This document shows positions 53,791-62,234 of a stretch of DNA of 64,000 nucleotides, piece after piece. The notes below the pieces were generated by a model. That model ran no database searches, was not told the DNA's origin, and worked only from the letters and a program-made list of their open reading frames with translations. Each line of letters opens with the position of its first letter. Position 1 is the stretch's first letter. Both the position numbers and the translations under genes were made by a program. Location of the stretch: positions 5,885 through 69,884 of the forward strand of contig CAZZHG010000010.1 of assembly GCA_964653655.1 (NCBI GenBank), in the 5' to 3' direction. The stretch is from an uncultured Pseudobdellovibrionaceae bacterium. GTDB lineage: Bacteria > Bdellovibrionota > FAC87 > UBA2466.

Positions 53791-56607
53791 GTGAATGAAA
53801 CCGTGCGTAACTTGATCCTTCGGGGCGTCCGCCAGAACAACCTGAAAGACGTCGACGTCGATCTGCCCCTGGGAAAGACCGTGGTGGTAACCGGGCCGAG
53901 CGGCTCGGGCAAATCGTCTCTCGCCTTCGAGACCGTTTACGCCGAGGGACAGCGCCGGTACATGCAGTCCCTGTCCACCTACGCGCGCCAGTTCATGGAA
54001 AGATTCCGGGCGCCGGACGCCGACAGCATCCAGAACATCCCGCCCACGATCGCGGTGGAGCAGATCAACCCGGTCCGCAACTCCCGCGCGACCGTGGGAA
54101 CTACGACCGAGTTATACGACTACTTCCGCCTGATGTACGAAAAGATCGGCGTCGAATACTGCGCGAACTGCGACGTTCCGATGGAAAGACGCACCCTGGA
54201 CGACATCGCGGCGGAGCTTCAGCAAAAGCACGGCGGTAGCGCCGTCGTGTTCGGCTTCAAGCGCGTCCTGCCGAAACAGAAGGCCACCGCGAAGGAGCTG
54301 CTCGAGGAGTACCTTCGGTCGGGTTATTCGCGGCTACTGAGCGGCGGCAAAGTCATGCTGATCGAAGAGGCGGTGAAGGAAGGCGGGCTCAAAGGCGGCT
54401 CCACCGTTTCCATCGTCATCGACCGGGTGAAGCTTCCGGCGGAAAAGCTTTCCTCGAGCCAGCTATCCAGAATCACCGAGTCGCTTCGAAACGCCATGGA
54501 ATTCGGCGCCGGAACCGCCGAGACCTTCGTCGAGAAGGACGGCGACTTCATTTCCGCGGGCGAGTTCACAACGCAAAACCGCTGCCCCAAGTGCGGGCTG
54601 ATCTCCCTCCCCCGCTCGGCCATTTCGTTTTCTTTCAATAGCCCTCTCGGCGCGTGCGAAACCTGCCGCGGTTTCGGCAATACGCTCGAAGTGGATCCGG
54701 ATCTCGTGATCCCGAACGCCCAGCTGTCCCTGGCTCAAGGGGTGGTGGAACCGTTCACGAAGCCGAGCCTCGGAAGCTGGCAGAAAAAACTTCTCGCCTA
54801 CGCAAAGTCCGCGCGTATCGACGTCGACCTGCCATACCGGGAGCTGCCGGAGAAACAGCGGGAAGCCATTTTTTACGGGACCAAGGGATGGAAAGGCGTC
54901 AAAGGCGTCTTCGATATGCTCGAGGAAGAGCGCTACAAGATGCGTATCCGCGTCTTCGTCAGCCGCTACACCTCGCCTTTCACCTGCAAGAAGTGCGCAG
55001 GCCGGCGACTCAATGAAGGCGGCCTTCGGATCAAGGTCGGAGAAGCGAACATCTCCGAGCTGTCCGACAAACCCATCGGACAGCTTCGCGCCTTTTTCAA
55101 GAAGCTGCCGCTCACGCCGAATCAGGCGAAAATCTCGCAGGACATTCTTTCGCAAATCCACAGGCGCCTCGATTACCTCGAGACCGTGGGACTCGGTTAT
55201 CTGACTCTCTCTCGGCTCACCCGAACGCTTTCCGGCGGCGAGTACCAGCGCATTCTGCTCGCAACCCAGCTCAGCCAAGGTCTCACGGATACCTTATACG
55301 TGCTCGACGAGCCCAGCATCGGCCTTCATCCGAAGGACACTCAGAGGCTTCTGTCGGTGCTCAATCGTCTGCGGGAAAAGGGCAACTCCCTTCTCGTGGT
55401 GGAGCACGACCCTGAGATCATCGACTGGGCCGAGCATGTCGTGGACATGGGTCCGGGCGCGGGCCGGCTGGGCGGCAACGTCGTTTTCAACGGCAGCCAG
55501 TCCCTCTTCAAGCTATCCACGTGCGAAACGGCGAAATCCATCCGCGATTGGAAAGGAGCCTGCCTGAAGCAGCTCGCCCCTCCCATGCCGAAGGAGCACG
55601 AACGGTGGCTGTCTATTCAGAAGGCCAGCTCCAACAATCTCAAATCCATCTCGGTCGACATTCCGCTCGGCAAGCTGGTCGCGGTCACGGGAGTTTCCGG
55701 GTCGGGAAAGAGCACGCTCATCGTCGATACGCTTTACCAGGCGCTCGCGAAAATGTTCCTCGGCCGCAGCGAAAAGATCGGCCGCTTCGGTTCCATCCGG
55801 GGCTTCGAGCATTTGTCGTCGGTGGAGCTCATCGATCAGGCGGCCATCGGCAAGTCTTCTCGCTCGAACCCCGTTACGTTCATCAAGGCCTACGATGAGA
55901 TTCGGATGCTGTTCTCCTCCACGAGGGATGCGGCGGCTCAGCGGCTCACGCCGGGGCACTTCTCGTTCAACGTGGCCGGCGGACGCTGCGAAACCTGCGA
56001 AGGAGAAGGCCGGGTCAAGATCGACATGGTCTTCATGGAGGACATTTACGTCCCCTGCACCGCCTGCGACCAGAAACGCTTCAAACCCAACGTGCTGGCC
56101 GTCCGCTACCGAAACCGCAACATCGACGAAGTCTTGAAAATGACGGTGGAGGAAGCTTTCAGCTTCTTCGACGAGTCCGCTTCTCTAAGGAACAAGCTCG
56201 CGCTGCTCCAGGAAGTGGGGCTCGGTTACCTTCAGCTGGGCCAGCCGTCCTTCAGCCTGTCGGGCGGCGAAGCTCAGCGTTTGAAAATCGCCCGCGAGCT
56301 CGCGCAAGGGAGCATGAAGCGCCTGCCTACCCTGTTCATCCTCGATGAGCCTACGACGGGCCTGCACTTCAACGAGATTGCTCGTTTGATATACGTTTTG
56401 AAACGGCTTGTTGGACAGGGTCATTCCGTCATCGTGATCGAGCACAACGTGCAGCTGATTTGTGCCGCCCAATACGTGATTGATCTAGGACCTGACGGTG
56501 GCGAACAGGGGGGACGTGTTGTCGCCGTGGGCACGCCCAAGGAATTGGCGCAAAAGAAGTTACCACATACGGGTTTGCATCTGGCCGAGATCCTGGGCGA
56601 AAACTAA
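53791..56607 (+). CDS. uvrA: Excinuclease ABC subunit A
   Basis: 938 aa, GTG start. Two ABC ATPase modules (GPSGSGKSS and GVSGSGKST Walker A), zinc-finger Cys clusters, LSGGEAQR signatures. Confidence 0.95.
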   Translation: MNETVRNLILRGVRQNNLKDVDVDLPLGKTVVVTGPSGSGKSSLAFETVYAEGQRRYMQSLSTYARQFMERFRAPDADSIQNIPPTIAVEQINPVRNSRATVGTTTELYDYFRLMYEKIGVEYCANCDVPMERRTLDDIAAELQQKHGGSAVVFGFKRVLPKQKATAKELLEEYLRSGYSRLLSGGKVMLIEEAVKEGGLKGGSTVSIVIDRVKLPAEKLSSSQLSRITESLRNAMEFGAGTAETFVEKDGDFISAGEFTTQNRCPKCGLISLPRSAISFSFNSPLGACETCRGFGNTLEVDPDLVIPNAQLSLAQGVVEPFTKPSLGSWQKKLLAYAKSARIDVDLPYRELPEKQREAIFYGTKGWKGVKGVFDMLEEERYKMRIRVFVSRYTSPFTCKKCAGRRLNEGGLRIKVGEANISELSDKPIGQLRAFFKKLPLTPNQAKISQDILSQIHRRLDYLETVGLGYLTLSRLTRTLSGGEYQRILLATQLSQGLTDTLYVLDEPSIGLHPKDTQRLLSVLNRLREKGNSLLVVEHDPEIIDWAEHVVDMGPGAGRLGGNVVFNGSQSLFKLSTCETAKSIRDWKGACLKQLAPPMPKEHERWLSIQKASSNNLKSISVDIPLGKLVAVTGVSGSGKSTLIVDTLYQALAKMFLGRSEKIGRFGSIRGFEHLSSVELIDQAAIGKSSRSNPVTFIKAYDEIRMLFSSTRDAAAQRLTPGHFSFNVAGGRCETCEGEGRVKIDMVFMEDIYVPCTACDQKRFKPNVLAVRYRNRNIDEVLKMTVEEAFSFFDESASLRNKLALLQEVGLGYLQLGQPSFSLSGGEAQRLKIARELAQGSMKRLPTLFILDEPTTGLHFNEIARLIYVLKRLVGQGHSVIVIEHNVQLICAAQYVIDLGPDGGEQGGRVVAVGTPKELAQKKLPHTGLHLAEILGEN

Positions 56608-56865
56608 TTGTGCTAAAAACTTCACAGCCGGTGCACTGCGATTGGGCAGCCCTCGCATTGACACGTTGTGTTACCGGCTGTACACTTGAATTGTTTCGAC
56701 GTATCCATCTCAGTCACCAGCACCTAGACATCTTGCCCCGTGAATCCGCTGAACACTGATGTTCAGCGCGTAGTCGCAAAAAATCGTCGGAAATCCTCGG
56801 CTCGGACGCCACCAATAAAATCGATTTTCAGTTCAGGGGTCCTTTTACCTGTTTGGAGGACGGTC

Positions 56866-58443
56866 ATGATCAATTGGGACGAATTCGAGCATATACACGT
56901 CATTCGCAAGCTTAAGGAGGTTATCGGCCGTTGGTTCGAAGTGGACGTCTTCTTCGCCGACGATCGCGGTAACCTCAAGGCGTTCGAGAAGGGGCAGAAG
57001 AAGCAGCTCTCGAACCAGGTCATGAGCCTCCTCACCCAGCGGGACAACGGCTACGAAGCGCTCGCCGAGTACGCGCGCAACGTGGTGAACGACCTCCGCA
57101 AGACGCAGGAAAAGGACTACATCCGGGACTTCCTGCCGCACCTCGCGGGATCCGCGTTCCCCATCATCATGGACAACGACTTCATGGGCGCGGTGATGTG
57201 CATCGGCTATTTCCGCGGATCGGTTTCCGAGGCTCACAAGAAAGAGCTCGCGAAAGCGCTCGCGCACTACAATCTTCCCCACCAGGACATCGACATCGCG
57301 GTCGGCAAAGTAAAACTGCTCGACAAGGAGCAGCTGCCTTACTTCACCGAGCTGAGCGATCTGGTGACGCAGGAAATCTGCACTCTCCACAAGGAGATCA
57401 CGCTTCGCGAGGACAGAATCTCGGAGCTGAACAAAGAGCTCGGCATCCGCTACAAGTACGACTCCATGATCGGTAAATCCAAACCGATGCAGGACACGTA
57501 CGCACTGCTCGACAAAATCAAAAACTCCGAAAGCACCGTGCTCATTCAGGGCGAGAACGGAACCGGTAAAGAGCTCATCGCGAAGGCCATTCACTACAAC
57601 TCGTCCCGCAAGGACAAGGTGTTCGTGACGCAGAACTGTTCGGCCTTCAACGATAACCTCCTCGACTCGGAACTGTTCGGCCACGTGAAAGGATCTTTCA
57701 CGGGCGCCGTGAAAGACAAGAAAGGCCTCTTCGAGGTCGCCGACGGAGGAACCTTCTTCCTCGACGAAATCGGGGATACCTCTCCGAGCATGCAGGTTAA
57801 GCTCCTGCGTGTCATCCAGGAGGGAACGTTCATCCCGGTAGGAGCGACGGAACCGCGTAAAGTGGACGTCCGCATCCTCGCGGCGACGAACAAAGACCTG
57901 AAGGACATGGTGGAGAAAGGCAGCTTCCGCGAAGACCTGTTCTACCGCATCAACGTAATCAACATCACGGTCCCGCCGCTCCGCGATCGCAAGGAAGACA
58001 TCCCGCTTCTCGCGGAACACTTCCTCAAGCGGTGCGCGGAAGAAAAGCAAATCAAACCGAAGGTTCTCACCAAGCGTGCGCTTGAGAAGATCTTCGACTA
58101 CCCCTGGCCCGGTAACATCCGCGAGCTCGAAAACGAAATGGAGCGCGTGACGGTACTGGCCGGTGCGGAAGGCAAGATCACCGTGGACATGCTCTCGGCT
58201 CGCATCCGCGAGTTCGGCGAGCGCAGCAAAGTCCAAGGCGTGCGCATCCAGGGCAAGCTCCGCGATGCTCTCGAGGAGCTGGAACGGGAGATGATCCGCG
58301 AGGGTCTCAAACGGACCGGCTGGAACAAATCGAGACTCGCCAAAGAGCTCGGCATCAGCCGCGCGGGCCTCATCAACAAAGTCGAGAAGTATAATCTCGA
58401 CAAACGTAAGCTTGCGAAAGCAGCGAAGGACGGCGTGGCGTAA
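56866..58443 (+). CDS. Sigma-54-dependent transcriptional activator (bacterial enhancer-binding protein) with uncharacterised N-terminal sensory domain
   Basis: ORF 56740..58443 trimmed to ATG at 56866 (GGAGGA RBS 6 nt upstream). Central AAA+ sigma-54 activation domain (GENGTGKE, GAFTGA-like GSFTGAV, ESELFGH), C-terminal Fis-type HTH. About 200-aa N-terminal domain without a receiver Asp pattern. Confidence 0.85.
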   Translation: MINWDEFEHIHVIRKLKEVIGRWFEVDVFFADDRGNLKAFEKGQKKQLSNQVMSLLTQRDNGYEALAEYARNVVNDLRKTQEKDYIRDFLPHLAGSAFPIIMDNDFMGAVMCIGYFRGSVSEAHKKELAKALAHYNLPHQDIDIAVGKVKLLDKEQLPYFTELSDLVTQEICTLHKEITLREDRISELNKELGIRYKYDSMIGKSKPMQDTYALLDKIKNSESTVLIQGENGTGKELIAKAIHYNSSRKDKVFVTQNCSAFNDNLLDSELFGHVKGSFTGAVKDKKGLFEVADGGTFFLDEIGDTSPSMQVKLLRVIQEGTFIPVGATEPRKVDVRILAATNKDLKDMVEKGSFREDLFYRINVINITVPPLRDRKEDIPLLAEHFLKRCAEEKQIKPKVLTKRALEKIFDYPWPGNIRELENEMERVTVLAGAEGKITVDMLSARIREFGERSKVQGVRIQGKLRDALEELEREMIREGLKRTGWNKSRLAKELGISRAGLINKVEKYNLDKRKLAKAAKDGVA

Positions 58444-58498
58444 GCAACGCCCCCTAGCCCACCCTTTTGTCGAAAAACAATCGTGGTGAATCCGGCGA

Positions 58499-58568
58499 TG
58501 GCCCGCTCTCCTTCCCCGGGGAGCGGGCCGTCGCATTTTGCGACGTACCCTCCCATCGCTTTTTTTTG
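58499..58568 (+). terminator. Compound terminator after the sigma-54 activator gene
   Basis: GGCCCGCTCTCC-TTCC-CCGGGGAGCGGGCC hairpin, a second small GTCGCA-TTTT-GCGAC hairpin, then T8 at 58561-58568. Confidence 0.5.
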
Positions 58569-58591
58569 GGCACTAAACTAAAATAACCCCC

Positions 58592-59029
58592 ATGCCCGAG
58601 AGGAAGATCGAGTACCAGCGGCTGGACCGTCAGAAGGACCTCGGATTCCTCGTAAAGGCCCCTTCCTGGCAGCGCCTCTATACGGACGCGGCCCTATGCC
58701 TGACCGACCTCAGGGTTCAGCTGGACCGGGTTTCCGACGGAGAAAAGCGCACCATGGAAGTGGTCGCCGAGAGCAAGGAAGACTTGATGGCGAAGTGGCT
58801 CGCCGAAGTCTCGGCGCTGTTCCAGAAGGACGGCTTTCTCCCGAAGCGGGTGGTGTTTACGCGCTTCGACGGTAAATCCATTCAGGCGACTCTATGGGGA
58901 GAGCTTTACAACCCCTTGCGCCACGGATCGATCCCGAAAGACCAGACGATCACTTGCCGAACGCTCGAGATGGGAGAAATCCCAGGCTCAGAGCCAAACT
59001 TTTTCGCCCGCGTGCTTTTCAATCTTTAG
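58592..59029 (+). CDS. Archease-like protein (tRNA-ligase/RtcB chaperone family), divergent member
   Basis: 145 aa. The N-terminal IEYQRLDRQKDLGFLVKAPSWQRLYTDAALCL aligns by eye to the archease Y-E-H-T-A-D...LEELF..AA.AL pattern (HTAD replaced by RQKD), and the C-terminal GELYNPLRHGSIPKDQTITCRTLEM aligns to GE.LD...H....EVKAITYH. Assignment by pattern, not search. Confidence 0.5.
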   Translation: MPERKIEYQRLDRQKDLGFLVKAPSWQRLYTDAALCLTDLRVQLDRVSDGEKRTMEVVAESKEDLMAKWLAEVSALFQKDGFLPKRVVFTRFDGKSIQATLWGELYNPLRHGSIPKDQTITCRTLEMGEIPGSEPNFFARVLFNL

Positions 59030-59895
59030 AACCCGCAGGCTCTCAAGCTCGGCCCCTGGTCCGAAAGCAAAATCATTCCCGTGTCGATGGTAATCCAGGG
59101 CTGCACGTTCCACAGACCCGCCTTGTGAAACGCGTCGACTATCCTCCCGTGTACGTAGTTGGAGGGCACCCTTCCCCGGATGACCAGCCGGCCCCGTTCG
59201 TCCGCGAACGAAATCGCGCTCAGATAGGGAGCGACATCCGGATCGGAAAAGAGATTCAGGAAGGCTTGTTCGAGAGGAGCGATCGCCTTGAACGGAAGTG
59301 ACTGCCGCCGTTCCAACAACGTTTCGGTGAGCCAATCGAGCGAAGCCCGAAGCCCTGCCGCGAAAGTACGTCTTCCGACTTGATGCCCGTACTTGTAATA
59401 GCGCGCGACCACGCTGGGTAGGGTCCCCTCCGACAGCACCGAAAAGGCCAAATGGCCTTCCACCGGCGGCTCAAACTCCGTCGTTATCTCGATTCGAAAG
59501 CAAGGTCCGCCCGCGTAATGGGAAGGGCAGGCGAATTGGACGAGGCTCGCCGAAAAGAGCGGCCTTCCGGTATCGTCGAAAACCGATACCTGAGAGTTCC
59601 CGAAACGCCGGCTCCCGGACTGAACCAGCTTGCCAACCACGGCACCGGAGCTCAGTAACGCTCTCGTACCGGAAGCGACCGTAATGCCGAGGCGCGCGCC
59701 CTCTGCCTCCGAGATCGGCGCGATGCTGGCTTCACGAAGACTGGACTGAATTTCGAGCGCCAAGGAACCCGGAGTGAAAACGTCGAGCTCGCATGGGTGA
59801 GCTCGGAGTAAAGACGGAGACAACAAACACACGAAAGTGGCGACGTGCAACGGAATGTACTTCATGGCGGACCTCCCCGATGCGTCCCGCCGCAT
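59026..59895 (-). CDS. Hypothetical secreted protein
   Basis: 289 aa, signal peptide (MKYIPLHVATFVCLLSPSLLRA after an upstream in-frame start). No motifs. 4-nt convergent overlap with the archease-like gene. Confidence 0.45.
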   Translation of the reverse strand: MRRDASGRSAMKYIPLHVATFVCLLSPSLLRAHPCELDVFTPGSLALEIQSSLREASIAPISEAEGARLGITVASGTRALLSSGAVVGKLVQSGSRRFGNSQVSVFDDTGRPLFSASLVQFACPSHYAGGPCFRIEITTEFEPPVEGHLAFSVLSEGTLPSVVARYYKYGHQVGRRTFAAGLRASLDWLTETLLERRQSLPFKAIAPLEQAFLNLFSDPDVAPYLSAISFADERGRLVIRGRVPSNYVHGRIVDAFHKAGLWNVQPWITIDTGMILLSDQGPSLRACGF

Positions 59896-59948
59896 GAAAG
59901 GGCGGGCGCGGACATTAATCCGGAAAGGTGTGCAACGGGTATGCCGGG

Positions 59949-61034
59949 TCAGTCGGAAACGGTCAGAGTAGCGCTCGCTTCCATGTCACCGCTCGTGACC
60001 GCACTGCTCGCGTTGTTACGGATGTAGATCGGCTTCAGCTGAATCTTCGCGATGTTGGTGAGAATCTGGTTCTGAGTGGCCAGGGACAAATCCGTGACCA
60101 GCCCGTTCACCGATTCGAACAACGAGAGATTCGTGTCGATGTCGAGGGTGACCGTCAACCTGGAGCCGCTCACTCCGCCCGACGTATAAGTTTTGCCCCC
60201 GCCTCCGTTCGTTGCGGTTACGGAAACCGGCGAATCGAGCAGAATATCGATGGTGCCGTAGCCCCAAGTGACTTCAGGGTGTTCCGCTCCGGGGGTGCAG
60301 CTATCGGCGGTGATAAGCTGCGCGCCCGTCAGGCGTTCCGGGGAGCCGGGGCGAGTGGCGCTCAGCGCGCCGCCGGTCACCCACTGATAATCGGTGTCCG
60401 CGCAGGTATCGGTCGCCGAGGTCTTGATGCAAATCAGTATGTCCCCCGCGAGAGCATTCGTGGAACCGTACAAAGTTCCGTACTCATCCGCCGACGAGTT
60501 CTCTTGCGAGGTCAGACAGCCCGAAAATACCGACGAGGTGCTCGGCGGAGTGTTCACGAGCGGAATCCGCATGTGATAGTACTTGGGTGTCGACTCGGCC
60601 TCGAAGACCACCTCGATTGCCTGGAGCGAAATGGAAAGAATGTCGTAAGAAGCGGCGGTACCATCTTGAATGTTATCGTCGCTGGAAGGAATCGTCGGTG
60701 GAGTCTTGAGATCGAAGGCGGTTTTCTTGAAGACCCCTTCGAGGCCTACCGTGCTGCCTCCGCCCAAGATTCGGACCCCCGCGCCTCCTCCGGTGCTGCT
60801 GAGCGAAGCCTGGTTGAAATATCCCAACACCGACAGGGGCGTGTAGCAAAGCCCGCCTTCGGGAGCCCCGTTCACGGTGGGATTGCACGCGGTGCCGGTT
60901 CGGCTTCGCGTGGCGAGTGAGGTGCTCTTCAGAACTATGCTCATCGTTCCGGTGTTGGAATCTCCGCCTCCGCTACATTGAACGAGAAGGAGAGCCAGGC
61001 CGGCGGCCGAAATCCATACGAGAGGCTTCATCAT
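59949..61034 (-). CDS. Hypothetical lipoprotein (Ser/Thr/Gly-rich, predicted beta-rich)
   Basis: 361 aa, signal plus lipobox LLLVQC, many Cys pairs and T/S/G tracts suggesting an extracellular beta-rich domain. Confidence 0.5.
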   Translation of the reverse strand: MMKPLVWISAAGLALLLVQCSGGGDSNTGTMSIVLKSTSLATRSRTGTACNPTVNGAPEGGLCYTPLSVLGYFNQASLSSTGGGAGVRILGGGSTVGLEGVFKKTAFDLKTPPTIPSSDDNIQDGTAASYDILSISLQAIEVVFEAESTPKYYHMRIPLVNTPPSTSSVFSGCLTSQENSSADEYGTLYGSTNALAGDILICIKTSATDTCADTDYQWVTGGALSATRPGSPERLTGAQLITADSCTPGAEHPEVTWGYGTIDILLDSPVSVTATNGGGGKTYTSGGVSGSRLTVTLDIDTNLSLFESVNGLVTDLSLATQNQILTNIAKIQLKPIYIRNNASSAVTSGDMEASATLTVSD

Positions 61035-61096
61035 GATTCTCCGGTGGGTTTGGAGAATCGTAATGCATTTCTTTAGGAAAACCTAACTTCGGGGCG

Positions 61097-61459
61097 TTAC
61101 CAAATGACGGAAAGTCCGGTCAGGTGGGGAACCGAGCGTTCGGTCTGCGTGTCCGGATCGAACTGCATGGAGCCGGGCTTAGGATGGTTTTTCTCCATCT
61201 CCACGAGCTCCTCCGCGGCAAGCTCCTCGGCCTCTTCTTCCGATCCTTCGTAGCCTTCGTTGATCCAGGCTTCCGCCACTTCCTCCGGAGTCACGTCTTT
61301 GAGCATGGCTCCGACGGTGAGGTGGCGCCGGCAGTTGCGGCATTGCCCGATTTCCTGGCCCGCTTCGTTCAAGAAGAGGCAGAAGTGGCAAAGTCGGAAG
61401 TGGACGCCTCTATCGCTTCTCACTTCCCGGCGAGGCTTGTTTTGGGCTGCGTTCTTCAT
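61097..61459 (-). CDS. Hypothetical zinc-ribbon protein with acidic C-terminal region
   Basis: 120 aa: CHFC-x13-CRNC (Cys4 ribbon) followed by an EEEAEELAAEE acidic helix. First gene of a possible three-gene minus-strand operon. Confidence 0.45.
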   Translation of the reverse strand: MKNAAQNKPRREVRSDRGVHFRLCHFCLFLNEAGQEIGQCRNCRRHLTVGAMLKDVTPEEVAEAWINEGYEGSEEEAEELAAEELVEMEKNHPKPGSMQFDPDTQTERSVPHLTGLSVIW

Positions 61460-61587
61460 ACCTGATACCCAAATCCTTACTCTCTACCTTAATTATATCG
61501 AACCCAGCACAATGCGTCAAAATCCATAAAAAACAGGGTAACCAGTGATGGGGACTGGGGTTTTCGTTGGCATGGAAATCGTTTTTT

Positions 61588-61965
61588 GGGGTTCTGGGAG
61601 CCTGGGGATTCGAACCGAGAATGAGATCGAGAATGGGTCTTAGAATGAGTGAGGGGCAAGCGCCTGCCTTTTCACTCATTCTCGATCTCAATCTCATTCT
61701 CGCTCTACTCAAATAGGGGTTCTGGGAGCCTGGGGATTCGAACCGAGAATGAGATCGAGAATGGGTCTTAGAATGAGTGAGGGGCAAGCGCCTGCCTTTT
61801 CACTCATTCTCGATCTCAATCTCATTCTCGCTCTACTCAAATAGGGGTTCTGGGAGCCTGGGGATTCGAACCGAGAATGAGATCGAGAATGGGTCTTAGA
61901 ATGAGTGAGGGGCAAGCGCCTGCCTTTTCACTCATTCTCGATCTCAGACTCATTCTCGCTCTCTC
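61588..61965. repeat. Tandem array of three 128-bp units, each containing a long imperfect palindrome (GAGAATG-rich arms) plus a tRNA T-arm-like GGTTCGAATCC motif
   Basis: Unit boundaries at the GGGG starting at 61588, 61716 and 61844. Units 1 and 2 are identical; unit 3 differs at a few 3' positions. Palindrome core GAGAATGAGATCGAGAATGGGTCTTAGAATGAGTGA, loop, then TCACTCATTCTCGATCTCAATCTCATTCTC. The ORFs predicted inside (61410..61787, 61709..61915) are repeat artefacts. Confidence 0.85.
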
Positions 61966-61973
61966 AAAATGAC

Positions 61974-62001
61974 GAAGGCCCCGGCTTTCGCCGGGGCCTT
62001 C
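61974..62001 (-). terminator. Candidate rho-independent terminator for the minus-strand coiled-coil protein gene
   Basis: GAAGGCCCCGG-CTTTCG-CCGGGGCCTTC hairpin; on the minus strand it is followed by UCAUUUUG. A further perfect 26-nt palindrome CCGCGGCTCTCTCGCGAGAGCCGCGG lies at 62197-62222, 13 nt after the gene's stop. Confidence 0.45.
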
Positions 62002-62234
62002 TTCCTTAAAGGGTGGGCAGAGGGACCGTCTGGTCCGTCAACAGGAACTTCCGCTTGGAGCATCCACTTCCGCTTATACCGCTTCCACTACAACGTGAAC
62101 TTGAGCTACAGCTCCTCTGCCCTTTTCAGCCTTGCCCTGTCCCGGGCGTAGCGTGAAATCGAAAACTGGCTTACTGGAGAATCTCTCGGGGTTCGTCCGC
62201 GGCTCTCTCGCGAGAGCCGCGGACATCACCGAGA

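Noticed and set aside
56740-56865. Upstream start (MNPLNTDVQRVVAKNRRKSS...) for the sigma-54 activator.
   Set aside because: No RBS; it would read through two palindromic candidate operator sites. The ATG at 56866 has a GGAGGA RBS at ideal spacing.
61410-61915. ORFs 61410..61787 (125 aa) and 61709..61915 (68 aa) with identical MPLTHSKTHSRSHSRFESPGSQNPY... translations.
   Set aside because: They lie entirely within the tandem repeat and simply re-read the same repeated DNA. They have no RBS and no protein-like composition.
61588-61965. The tandem repeats as a possible CRISPR array.
   Set aside because: The sequence between the palindromes is identical in every unit, so there are no unique spacers. 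The repeats are 128 bp, far longer than CRISPR repeats, and no cas genes are nearby.
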